Positions 10,284-19,145 of a stretch of 64,000 bases of DNA are shown piece by piece. The stretch lies in contig CAVUYT010000018.1 of assembly GCA_963745805.1 (NCBI GenBank), forward strand, positions 114,294 to 178,293, written 5' to 3'. The notes under the pieces are model-generated. The model was not told the origin of the DNA. It worked only from the letters and a program-made list of their open reading frames with translations, and ran no database searches. Every line of letters starts with the position of its first letter. Positions within the stretch are counted from its first letter, which is position 1. The stretch comes from an uncultured Acidobacteriota bacterium (GTDB taxonomy: Bacteria > Acidobacteriota > Terriglobia > Acidiferrales > UBA7541). The position numbers and the translations under genes are program-made.

Positions 10284-13067
10284 ATGAACTGGCTCAAACA
10301 ACTTTTCTCACGTCGGCGTCTCTACAGCGATCTCTCCGACGAAATCCGCGAACACCTCGAAGAAAAAATCGACGAACTCGTCGCTACTGGCATGTCCAGA
10401 AAAGAAGCCACCTCCGCCGCTCGCCGCCAATTCGGCAATCTCACCCTCGTTGAACAAGACAGCCGCGAAGTCTGGCGCTGGCCCTCTATCGAGGGCCTTT
10501 TCGCTGACGTCCGCTTCTCCCTCCGCATGCTATGTAAGAATCCAGGATTCACGACGGTCGCCGTCCTCACTCTAGCCCTCGGCATCGCTGTGAACACCAC
10601 TGTATTCACTGCCTTCGACGCCCTTTTCTTGCGCCCTCGCCCAGTGAAGGACCCTGACAGTCTCGCATCCGTCTTTCGCGCCACTTCCGGCGAGCCTCGC
10701 GGAGGATTTTCTTATCCCGATTACATCTACTATCGTGACCATAGCAAATCCTTCTCTGATCTCTCCCTCTTCGCCTTTGGCATGGCGGTCACTTCTTCCG
10801 AGTTGCCTGCCACGAGTCCAGAAGCCGTGCCCCGCATCGCCGGAGCCGTCGGCTTCCAGCTTCCGCAATTGCTTCAGGGCACCGCTCAGCCCATCATGTG
10901 TTTTTTCGTTTCCGGCAACTACTTCCCAATGCTAGGAGCGACTCCTCTCTTGGGCCGCATCCTCCTGCCCGAAGATGATCAAGCCAATGCCACGCCGGTT
11001 GTCCTGATGAGCGGAAATTCCTGGCAGCGGCATTTTCACTCCGACCCCAATATTGTGGGTTCAACTCTCCACCTGAATGGCGCTGCTTTTAAGGTCATAG
11101 GCGTTACGCCGCTCGATTACCTTGCTACTGCTTCATCTGTTCCCGATCTTTGGGCACCCGTCTCTGCGAAAATCGCATTAGGTACAGCAACCCGCCCGGA
11201 ATTGGAAAATCGCCTCGTGAGCGCCGGCTTTCCCATGGGACGTTTGAGATCGGGAGTTACGCTGTCGGATGCACAGGCGGAACTCGGAGTGCTCGCAGCG
11301 CAGTTGCGAACGCAGTATCCCGAAGCCGAGCGCAATACGAATGTGAGCGTTGCCTCCGGTCGCAACAACCTCGTCGCGCTTGATTCTGATGCGTGGCCCG
11401 TTGTCATCGCCGCCATGTCTGCTGTCGCTTTGCTCCTGCTCATCGCCTGTGCCAATGTCGCAAGCCTTTTGCTCGCGCGCGCCGTCGCACGGCGCAAAGA
11501 AATCGCGGTCCGACTCGCCCTCGGCGCTGGACGATGGCGGCTGCTGCGCCAATTGCTGACCGAAAGCATTCTGCTCGGACTTCTAGCCGGAGCTCTTGGT
11601 CTGCCTCTGGCCGGATGGATGCTTCACCTATTGATTGTCGAGATTGCTTCAGCTCTCCCTTCATTCTGGGGCACGATCGCTCTCGAGATCAGTCCTGACA
11701 TCCGCATTTTCGCCTATACCCTGTTTGTTTCCTGCGCGGCTGGAATTGCCTTTGGCCTCACTCCGGCCTTGCAAGCTTCAAAAGCCGACGTGAACTCTGC
11801 TATCAAAGAAGATGGCACTACCTTCGGCCAGCGCCTCAGTCGTTCGCGCCTGCGCGGAATTCTGATCGCCGGACAAATGGCTGCGTGTCTAGTCCTGCTG
11901 ATTAGTTCCGCTCTGCTGCTCCGCGGCTCGCAACGCGCCCTGAAAATCGACGCGGGTTACGATACGCAGCGCGTGGCCTTCCTCGAAATATACAATCCAA
12001 AGAACTTGCATTACTCGCAGTCGCGGTTGCACCAGCTCAATCGCGACCTTATCCAAGGTATCGTCAGTCTCCCTGGCGTGCACTCGGTCTCGCAAGCCTC
12101 TCGCGGGCCCATTGGAGGCATTCGCTGGGTGCCAGTTGCACGCGCCGGCGCAGCGTCTCTCCCTCCCGCTTCGGGCGTCAGCGAAACACCCACTGCTGGC
12201 TACAGTTACGTCACGCCAAATTATTTTGACACTCTCGGCATTCCCATCATTCGCGGCCGCACCTTCACGCCTAGCGAGGCGGATGGACAGGCGCCGGTCG
12301 TCGTCATCAGCGAGGCCACCGCTCGCAGTTTCTGGCCGGGTGAAGATCCCATCGGCAAACTTCTGAAGATCGGTTCGGAAAAAGGAAGCAAGTCCTTCCC
12401 TGGTGAGAGCGATCCATTCGTGGCGAGTAGTGAGGTGATCGGCATCGCTGGCGATGTGCGCAGCATGGATCTGCGCAAGCTCGATGAATCGTACCTATAC
12501 CTTCCACTTTCCCAATCCCGTCAATGGACCAGCATTCTGCTTGTGCGCGCGGACGGAAATCCAACGCCATTGCTTCCGGCGATCGGCCGTGAGTTTCGCC
12601 GCTTGGACGCCAATCTTCCGGTCATCGCCGCTCCATTAAATACGATGGTTTCCATGGATCCCTACTTCGTGGTTTCCCGAATCGGTGGTGTTCTCGCGAG
12701 CATTGTCGGCGCGCTAGGCTTGCTGCTGGCGTGTCTCGGCGTGTACGGCACAGTCAGCTACAGTGTGGCTCAGCGAACCCGCGAGATCGGCGTCCGCATG
12801 GCTCTCGGCGCGCAGAGTATTCAAGTGCTGGGCCTTGTGATTAGCGAGGGATTCCGGCCCATACTCTCTGGTGTTGTGATGGGACTTGTCGTTTCCGCCG
12901 GCGTCTCGCGGGCGCTTTCGGCCACACTCTTTGGACTCAGTCCCTTGGACCCAATCTCGTTTGGCAGCGTCTCTCTCTTGCTGATCGCCATCGCGTTGCT
13001 TGCCACTTGGCTTCCCGCACGCCGCGCGACAGAAGTCGATCCCATGGTGGCACTCCGCCATGAATGA
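10284..13067 (+). CDS. ADOP-type duplicated FtsX/MacB-like permease (MNWLKQL subtype)
   Basis: 927 aa. Prefix [35 protein letters not shown]. FtsX modules [39 protein letters not shown] and SVAQRTREIGVRMALGAQSIQV. C-terminus [18 protein letters not shown]. Confidence 0.9.
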   Translation: MNWLKQLFSRRRLYSDLSDEIREHLEEKIDELVATGMSRKEATSAARRQFGNLTLVEQDSREVWRWPSIEGLFADVRFSLRMLCKNPGFTTVAVLTLALGIAVNTTVFTAFDALFLRPRPVKDPDSLASVFRATSGEPRGGFSYPDYIYYRDHSKSFSDLSLFAFGMAVTSSELPATSPEAVPRIAGAVGFQLPQLLQGTAQPIMCFFVSGNYFPMLGATPLLGRILLPEDDQANATPVVLMSGNSWQRHFHSDPNIVGSTLHLNGAAFKVIGVTPLDYLATASSVPDLWAPVSAKIALGTATRPELENRLVSAGFPMGRLRSGVTLSDAQAELGVLAAQLRTQYPEAERNTNVSVASGRNNLVALDSDAWPVVIAAMSAVALLLLIACANVASLLLARAVARRKEIAVRLALGAGRWRLLRQLLTESILLGLLAGALGLPLAGWMLHLLIVEIASALPSFWGTIALEISPDIRIFAYTLFVSCAAGIAFGLTPALQASKADVNSAIKEDGTTFGQRLSRSRLRGILIAGQMAACLVLLISSALLLRGSQRALKIDAGYDTQRVAFLEIYNPKNLHYSQSRLHQLNRDLIQGIVSLPGVHSVSQASRGPIGGIRWVPVARAGAASLPPASGVSETPTAGYSYVTPNYFDTLGIPIIRGRTFTPSEADGQAPVVVISEATARSFWPGEDPIGKLLKIGSEKGSKSFPGESDPFVASSEVIGIAGDVRSMDLRKLDESYLYLPLSQSRQWTSILLVRADGNPTPLLPAIGREFRRLDANLPVIAAPLNTMVSMDPYFVVSRIGGVLASIVGALGLLLACLGVYGTVSYSVAQRTREIGVRMALGAQSIQVLGLVISEGFRPILSGVVMGLVVSAGVSRALSATLFGLSPLDPISFGSVSLLLIAIALLATWLPARRATEVDPMVALRHE

Positions 13068-13121
13068 TCGGCGCGACTCATTTAGCACAACGTAAGCTCG
13101 GAACGACGGCTTCTACTCGGG

Positions 13122-14819
13122 CTACTGTGGCGGTTTTTTCTTTTTGAACAGCCCGCCCAGAGCGTTTATGGCGTCGGCGGGAGTTTGCCCTGCCCCCTTT
13201 GTTTCCCCTGAGGTGAGACCGCCAGCGCAACCGAGCTCCGACTTAAGCATCCCGGCCGCTAGTCCGCCGACATCGGGAACAAATTTTGGATCCGCGGTTG
13301 TGCCCTTAATTTGGAAAGGCACGGTTGTGCCGCCCTTGCAGCCGCTCCCACCTGCTCCTTTGCCAAGAAGCCCGCCAAGGTCAGAAACAGGGCTTCCAGC
13401 GGCACCGAGCGTGCTCGTGAGCGCGGCGACCATTTTGAAATCAAGGTTGTTCTTGGAGTCGACCGTCCCTGCGCCGGAAAGATTTCCAACAGCGGGAACA
13501 ACGGCGATGAAATTTTCCGCCTGGAGCCCGTTGGGCGCCATATGGAGATTGGTGGTGAGTTTTTCAATGTCCAGATCCTTGCCGCTCTTGATACCCGCGA
13601 GCGAGGCAATCGAACTCATCTTCGAACCGAGATCGAAGCCCGCAAGCTTTCCATTGAAGAGACCGACGTTGCCGGCGGTAATTAGCTTGCTCAAGGGGCC
13701 AGCGAGATTCAGATCGGCATTGAGCGTGCCCGCCTCAAGGGAAGTTCCCTTTGGAAGAATGATGCCGAGCGCCGGCAGAAACGCTTCGAGATCTTTCGCA
13801 GGCATGTCCTTGGCATCGAGCTTGATGTTGACGACCGTGGCCTCTCCCGCCGTGTTATAGGTGCCATTAAGATGCGCGGCGGCACTACCGATCTTGAGCG
13901 TCGAGGGATTCAAAACGCCGGTGTTCTTGCGCAGATTATATTTGGTATTGAAATCGACAGTCACGGGAACGCCCGCGGCCGAGCCACCAGCGATGAAGAG
14001 AGCCTTGGAAATCTTGACGTTGCCTTTGCTTTCCGCTTCGCCATTTTGCGAGGAGAGATCGGCGGTGAGATCGAGAAGGCCGCCGAGTCCAGCGGAGGAA
14101 TCGACGAAACCAGTGGAGGCAAGATCGAGAGAGGTGACCTCGAGCTTGGCATTAATGGGAGTAAGCGAAGCATCTTCCTTGTCGATAGGACCGGCAGTTC
14201 CATCGAGCTTGAACTTTCCGCCATTGGGAAGGTCGGCCGTGACAGTAACGGGAAACTTTGAGGTCATGGAAAAGTCGGAGGCGACGATGCTCACATGGTC
14301 GTAGGCGCTTCGCTTTTGAGAACTCGTGGAGCCCACAATAATGCGGCCGTCCTTGAGCGAGAATTTCTGCACGGAAAGATCGCCGGGCGAAGTCGCAGTT
14401 GACGTCGCAGATTTGGAGGATTTTGCCGAGGCGCCCCCGAGCGAGGAATAGTTCCAATCGCCCGCCGGATTATGAAGGAGAGTCACCTCTGGGCTGTCAA
14501 TGGTAATGCCGGTGACGATGAGGGTCTTGCTGAAAATGAGAGGAATGATCTCGACGCCTACTTTGAGCGACTTGGCTGTAAGGAATGGCGATTTGCTGAA
14601 CTTGGGGTCGTCGCCAATGGAAAGACTTTCCGCGGAGAGTGCGCCGCTGAACAGAGAAAGGCTCAGGTTGCCCAACTGCACGTTGCGCCCGAGCGCCTGA
14701 GAAGCCTTTTCCTCGATGGTTGGACGGAACTTGTCCACGGGAATCACAAAAGGAGCGACGACGACAAGAACGATCAATACCGCGACGATGACAGCTACGA
14801 TGCGAAGGGTGCGTTTCAT
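13122..14819 (-). CDS. AsmA-family outer-membrane biogenesis/lipid-transfer-like protein
   Basis: Internal ATG at 14819 of the over-long track ORF 13122..15893 gives MKRTLRIVAVIVAVLIVLVVVAPFVIPVDKFRPTIEEKASQALGRNVQLGNLSLSLFSG.., the typical AsmA N-terminal anchor and first repeat. The remainder is long, Gly/Ser-rich and beta-type. Confidence 0.75.
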   Translation of the reverse strand: MKRTLRIVAVIVAVLIVLVVVAPFVIPVDKFRPTIEEKASQALGRNVQLGNLSLSLFSGALSAESLSIGDDPKFSKSPFLTAKSLKVGVEIIPLIFSKTLIVTGITIDSPEVTLLHNPAGDWNYSSLGGASAKSSKSATSTATSPGDLSVQKFSLKDGRIIVGSTSSQKRSAYDHVSIVASDFSMTSKFPVTVTADLPNGGKFKLDGTAGPIDKEDASLTPINAKLEVTSLDLASTGFVDSSAGLGGLLDLTADLSSQNGEAESKGNVKISKALFIAGGSAAGVPVTVDFNTKYNLRKNTGVLNPSTLKIGSAAAHLNGTYNTAGEATVVNIKLDAKDMPAKDLEAFLPALGIILPKGTSLEAGTLNADLNLAGPLSKLITAGNVGLFNGKLAGFDLGSKMSSIASLAGIKSGKDLDIEKLTTNLHMAPNGLQAENFIAVVPAVGNLSGAGTVDSKNNLDFKMVAALTSTLGAAGSPVSDLGGLLGKGAGGSGCKGGTTVPFQIKGTTADPKFVPDVGGLAAGMLKSELGCAGGLTSGETKGAGQTPADAINALGGLFKKKKPPQ

Positions 14820-14924
14820 GACAGTCTCCAATTCGGCAGGGCTGGGTGACGGAGTGGAACTGATATTAGCACGGTGTGAAGTGACAGATGGAATGGAAAC
14901 GTGCATCACAGGGCCCGTGCTAAG

Positions 14925-15695
14925 ATGCCAACGATGAAAATGCAGACACAGATTCTGCTGGCGGCTATGGCCCTGGTCGTTGGCCAGGCAGTAATGGCGC
15001 AGGAGAAGCCGGATTCGGCGACCTTGCCCGACGCGCCGGCGCCGAAACAAGAGCAGCAGAACGCCGCACAGAAACCTGGCAAGGGCGTCTTTGCGACTCC
15101 TATGGGGCTTATCACGCGAAAGTCGTTCTTCTATCCTGAGTTGGCGACCACGCCGGGATCGCTGAGTTCGTTGCAGAAATTTGAGCTGTTCCTGGACAAG
15201 AGCATCTCCCCTCCGCAAATTCTCAGTTCGGCGGCTGGGGCGGGAATCAGCGAAGCACGAGGTACTTATTCTGGGTACGGACAAGGCGGCGAGGGATTCG
15301 GAAAACGATTTGGAGCCTCGATGGCCAGCGGCGCTTCCAGCCATTTTTTCGGAACATTCTTGTTGCCTGCGCTGCTGCACGAAGATCCGCGTTACTTTGT
15401 GAAATTGAACGGCGGATTTAGGGCGCGAGCAGGATACGCCCTGCGGCGGGCGCTCGTGATTCGAACGGATGCCGGAAGGGAAACTTTTAATTGGCCGGGG
15501 ACTTTGGGTCCGCTCGCGGCCGAGGGACTTGCCAACACGTATCTTCCGGATTCGGAACGAACCGTTGGAAAGACATTCGAGCGTTACGGCATTCGAATCG
15601 GATTCAGCGCGGCCAACAACCTGCTGAAGGAATACTGGCCGACGATTTTCAAGAGGTTGCGTATAGCCAAGGTCGCTCCCGGACTGCAGCCCTAA
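14925..15695 (+). CDS. hypothetical secreted protein
   Basis: Track ORF 14901..15695; start at MPTMKMQTQILLAAMALVVGQAVMAQ (signal-peptide-like). Conserved-looking core LPALLHEDPRYFV. Divergent from the AsmA-like gene. No family recognised. Confidence 0.6.
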   Translation: MPTMKMQTQILLAAMALVVGQAVMAQEKPDSATLPDAPAPKQEQQNAAQKPGKGVFATPMGLITRKSFFYPELATTPGSLSSLQKFELFLDKSISPPQILSSAAGAGISEARGTYSGYGQGGEGFGKRFGASMASGASSHFFGTFLLPALLHEDPRYFVKLNGGFRARAGYALRRALVIRTDAGRETFNWPGTLGPLAAEGLANTYLPDSERTVGKTFERYGIRIGFSAANNLLKEYWPTIFKRLRIAKVAPGLQP

Positions 15696-15803
15696 TGGGC
15701 GGCGATTGTGCCGGCGGGCACGAGTGGCTCGTGGAACCGTCCGTGGCGGCGCGGCAAAGGGCTTGGCCGCGAGGGGCGCAGAACGTATTACAATACGGAG
15801 ACC

Positions 15804-15880
15804 GGGGCTGTAGCTCAGATGGATAGAGCAACGGTTTCCTAAACCGTTTGTCGGGAGTTCGAATCTCCCCAGCCCCACCA
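15804..15880 (+). tRNA. tRNA-Arg (anticodon CCT), CCA encoded
   Basis: Cloverleaf read by hand: acceptor GGGGCTG/CAGCCCC, D arm GCTC/GAGC, anticodon stem ACGGT/ACCGT with loop TTCCTAA (anticodon CCT), T arm GGGAG-TTCGAAT-CTCCC, discriminator A plus CCA. Confidence 0.93.
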
Positions 15881-16054
15881 GATTTCTTCCCAATCAAAAG
15901 AACTAGAAGACAACTGGTTCAGGAAGCATTCAAAATATAGCCCGCGTCACGGCGAAAGTGGGAGAATACTGCCAAGAAATCTCCGCGAATGCCTGGCCTC
16001 AGGATTTGAAGGCCACGTGAACGGCGAGCGAGTGAGGAGCAGCGAGGCGGTGGT

Positions 16055-17422
16055 ATGAATGAAGCACTGAACATCCACAGGCTGCACTTCGCGTTTACGA
16101 TAACGTTCCACTACATTTTTCCGCAATTAACGATGGGGCTTGCGCTACTGCTCGTGTATTTGAAGTCCAAAGCGCTGCGAACGGGCGACGAACACTACAA
16201 CCGGGCGGCACGATTCTGGGCGCGGGTTTTCGGAATTAACTTTGCTCTGGGCGTGGTCACGGGCATCCCGATGGAGTTTCAGTTCGGAACGAACTGGGCC
16301 GCGTTTTCCAAAACAGCGGGCGGCGTCATTGGGCAGACGCTGGCGATGGAAGGCGTGTTTTCATTTTTCCTCGAGTCAAGCTTCTTGGGATTGTTCTTGT
16401 TTGGCGAAAAAAAGTTGGGACGCGTCGGACATTGGTGGGCCGCGTTTCTAGTTTGGCTGGGGTCATGGCTATCAGGATTCTTGATTGTGGCAACGGACGC
16501 GTGGATGCAGCATCCCGTGGGTTACAGGATGGGCGTGAATGGCGAGATTGAGCTGGCGAGTTTCTGGGAGCTGCTGCTGAACAAGTGGGGGCTGTGGCAA
16601 TACGCGCACACGATGCTAGGCGCGGTGCAGACCGGTTGTTTCGTGATGGCCGCGGTTGGCGCGTTTTATCTTTTGACGAACCGGCATGAAACGTACGGAC
16701 GAACATTTGTAAAGGGCGGCGTTCTAGTTGGCGTGATTGCCGCGGTGTTGCAACTCTTTCCCAGCGGAGATGCGCAGGGAAAAATGATCGCCGAAAATCA
16801 GCCGGTCACGCTCGCGGCGATGGAAGGTCTATTCGAAACTCAAGAAGGCGCGCCGCTAGCGATCCTTGGTCAGCCTGATGTGCAGCACCAGAAACTGGAC
16901 AATCCCCTTGTGGTACCCAAGATGCTCAGCTTCCTCACCTACAAACAATGGAGCGCGAATGTTCGCGGGCTGTCAGCATTCCCGCAGGAGGAATGGCCCG
17001 ACCAGATTGCGCTGGTCTACTACAGCTATCACGTGATGGTGGGGCTGGGGACGATCTTTATCGCGGTGATGGTGGTCGCCGCGTTTTTGTATTTCCGCGG
17101 AAAGTTGTTTACGTCGAAATGGATGCTGTGGATTCTGATGCTCAGCGTGCCCTTGCCGTACATCGCGAACACCGCGGGATGGATGACGGCGGAGCTGGGG
17201 AGACAGCCGTGGCTGATCTACGGGTTGATGCGCACGTCGCACGGAATTTCACCGCGCGTGGGAGCTGGGAATGCGTGGTTCACGCTGATTGGATTCATGG
17301 GCATGTATACCGTGCTGGCGATGTTGTGGCTTTTCCTCGTGTACCGGGAGATTGAAGAGGGTCCGGGTCCTGACGACGGAGCTTCGCGGAACGAAGCGCG
17401 AGTTCCGATCGCGGCGGATTGA
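16055..17422 (+). CDS. cydA: cytochrome bd ubiquinol oxidase subunit I
   Basis: N-terminus LHRLHFAFTITFHYIFPQLTMGLALLL, plus GIPMEFQFGTNWA and EGVFSFFLESSFLGLFLFG, all typical CydA motifs. 455 aa (short Q-loop type). Followed directly by cydB. Confidence 0.93.
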   Translation: MNEALNIHRLHFAFTITFHYIFPQLTMGLALLLVYLKSKALRTGDEHYNRAARFWARVFGINFALGVVTGIPMEFQFGTNWAAFSKTAGGVIGQTLAMEGVFSFFLESSFLGLFLFGEKKLGRVGHWWAAFLVWLGSWLSGFLIVATDAWMQHPVGYRMGVNGEIELASFWELLLNKWGLWQYAHTMLGAVQTGCFVMAAVGAFYLLTNRHETYGRTFVKGGVLVGVIAAVLQLFPSGDAQGKMIAENQPVTLAAMEGLFETQEGAPLAILGQPDVQHQKLDNPLVVPKMLSFLTYKQWSANVRGLSAFPQEEWPDQIALVYYSYHVMVGLGTIFIAVMVVAAFLYFRGKLFTSKWMLWILMLSVPLPYIANTAGWMTAELGRQPWLIYGLMRTSHGISPRVGAGNAWFTLIGFMGMYTVLAMLWLFLVYREIEEGPGPDDGASRNEARVPIAAD

Positions 17423-17438
17423 GGGAGAGGAGGACAAG

Positions 17439-18488
17439 TTGGGAACAATTTGGTTCTGCCTCGTAGCCGTCATGCTCACGGTGTATGTGCTGCTGGACGG
17501 TTTTGATCTTGGCGCGGGCGCGATTCATTTGTTGATTGCGAAAACGGATGAAGAGCGGCGGCAAATTCTCGCCAGCATCGGTCCCGTGTGGGACGGAAAT
17601 GAGGTTTGGCTGCTTGCGGCGGGAGGGACGCTTTACTTTGCGTTCCCCGCACTCTACGCCAGCGGGTTCAGCGGGTTTTATCTGCCATTGATGATGGTGC
17701 TGTGGCTTCTGATTTTGCGAGGCAGTTCGATCGAGTTTCGCAACCACGTGAAGAGCGCGGTGTGGGATCCGCTCTGGGACTTTTTGTTTTGCGCTTCGAG
17801 TTTGTTGCTGGCCGTATTTTACGGCGCAGCGCTCGCAAATGTAGTTCGTGGCGTCCCACTCGATGCCAGCGGTTATTTTTTCGAGCCGCTCTGGACCAAT
17901 TTCCGGCTCGGCGAAGAGACAGGCATTCTCGACTGGTACACGATCATGGTTGGTGTGCTCGCATTGCTGGCGCTGGTCATGCACGGGGCGCTGTGGGTCC
18001 AATTGAAAACTACTGGCGCGGTCAATGAGCGCGCAAAAAAACTTTCCGGGCATGTCTGGTGGGGCGTGCTTGCACTCACCGCGATCGTCACTGCCGTGAC
18101 ATTTCAGGTGCAGCCGCAGATAGAAGAGAATTTTGTCACTTGGCCTTTAGGGTTTGTGTTACCGCTCCTTGCGGTGGCTGGACTTGCGGGAGTGGCGTTC
18201 GAATTGAGGAAGCACGATGAGCAGAAGGCGTTTTTTGCATCGTGTGCGTATCTTGTGGGAATGCTGACGAGCGTGGTGTTCGGCGTTTATCCCATGGTGC
18301 TGCCGGCTCGCAATCCCGTCTTTTCACTGACGGTAGACGTCGCAAAAGCGGGCGCGTATGGCCTGAAGGTCGGAATTATTTGGTGGATTGTGGGCATGAT
18401 TCTTGCTGCGTGCTACTTTACGTTTGTCTACCGCTCGTTCGCGGGGAAAGTGGAAGTGGATGGAGATTCGAACGGGCATGGATCCTAG
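17439..18488 (+). CDS. cydB: cytochrome bd ubiquinol oxidase subunit II
   Basis: Track ORF 17289..18488 overlaps cydA. An in-frame TTG at 17439, preceded by GAGGGAGAGGAGG, gives LGTIWFCLVAVMLTVYVLLDGFDLGAGAIHL, the canonical CydB N-terminus, followed by WDGNEVWLL. Confidence 0.88.
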   Translation: MGTIWFCLVAVMLTVYVLLDGFDLGAGAIHLLIAKTDEERRQILASIGPVWDGNEVWLLAAGGTLYFAFPALYASGFSGFYLPLMMVLWLLILRGSSIEFRNHVKSAVWDPLWDFLFCASSLLLAVFYGAALANVVRGVPLDASGYFFEPLWTNFRLGEETGILDWYTIMVGVLALLALVMHGALWVQLKTTGAVNERAKKLSGHVWWGVLALTAIVTAVTFQVQPQIEENFVTWPLGFVLPLLAVAGLAGVAFELRKHDEQKAFFASCAYLVGMLTSVVFGVYPMVLPARNPVFSLTVDVAKAGAYGLKVGIIWWIVGMILAACYFTFVYRSFAGKVEVDGDSNGHGS

Positions 18489-18577
18489 AGGGAGAGAGAA
18501 TAGAACAAAGAAAAGACACAAGCTGCGGGATGAGAGTTGACGCCCCCGCAGTGGCGGCGTAGCGTGAAGTTAAGAGA

Positions 18578-19003
18578 ATGAACGAGAATCTTCAAGTTCG
18601 GGCACGGCCGTCAAACGCAGTCGTTCTTGCCCTTGTGACCGTGTTGGCTTTGCTGGTTGCCCCGATATGCGCGCCGCTTTGCGCAGCGAACGCCTGCTCT
18701 TCGGCCGGAGGGCGCCAGGTGCAGTGTCACGATATGGCACGCTTCAGCACTGACGCTAGCGAGCAACTGGCTGCTCCGAGCAAGTTTTGTGGGGCGGCCG
18801 ACTTTTCTGCGGTTCTGGTCAGGGCGGATGAAAAATCCCCGGTTTTGGAGAGAGTACGAACCGCGCCCGCCCCAATAGGGATGATCGGCGTGCGCTCTGA
18901 GCGCGTTGGCAGTTTGGCCGCAGCTTCAGAACATCTGAGTCTCCATCGGGTTTCTTTAGAGTTGTCTAATTCCCTTCTCTTGACCACGATTCTCCGCATC
19001 TGA
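18578..19003 (+). CDS. small Cys-rich membrane-anchored hypothetical protein (candidate metal-binding partner of the copper module)
   Basis: 141 aa. One hydrophobic segment VVLALVTVLALLVAPICAPLCAANAC (C-x3-C-x4-C) followed by QCHDM. Lies directly upstream of the multicopper oxidase. Coding status rests on position and ORF length only. Confidence 0.5.
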   Translation: MNENLQVRARPSNAVVLALVTVLALLVAPICAPLCAANACSSAGGRQVQCHDMARFSTDASEQLAAPSKFCGAADFSAVLVRADEKSPVLERVRTAPAPIGMIGVRSERVGSLAAASEHLSLHRVSLELSNSLLLTTILRI

Positions 19004-19145
19004 ATTTCGGCTTCGAATCCAGCAAATCCAGAATTCTATCCGCGTGACCGTACGAATATTCCAGCCGCGAGCAGACTGATTTTTTCAACTGGCGCGCGCC
19101 GGCACACTTCACAAACAATCTCAACGACAATATCCGGAGGGAAGC

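Noticed and set aside
13122-15893. 923-aa minus-strand ORF, the longest ORF call in this region
   Set aside because: Only the 3' 565 codons (from ATG 14819, MKRTLRIV..) look like a protein (AsmA-like). The upstream 358 codons are Arg/Ser/Pro-rich noise. They run antisense through the secreted-protein gene (14925-15695) and straight across the tRNA-Arg (15804-15880).
17289-17438. Upstream 50 codons of the cydB track ORF
   Set aside because: They overlap the 3' end of cydA in another frame. The canonical CydB N-terminus starts at TTG 17439, directly after a strong RBS.
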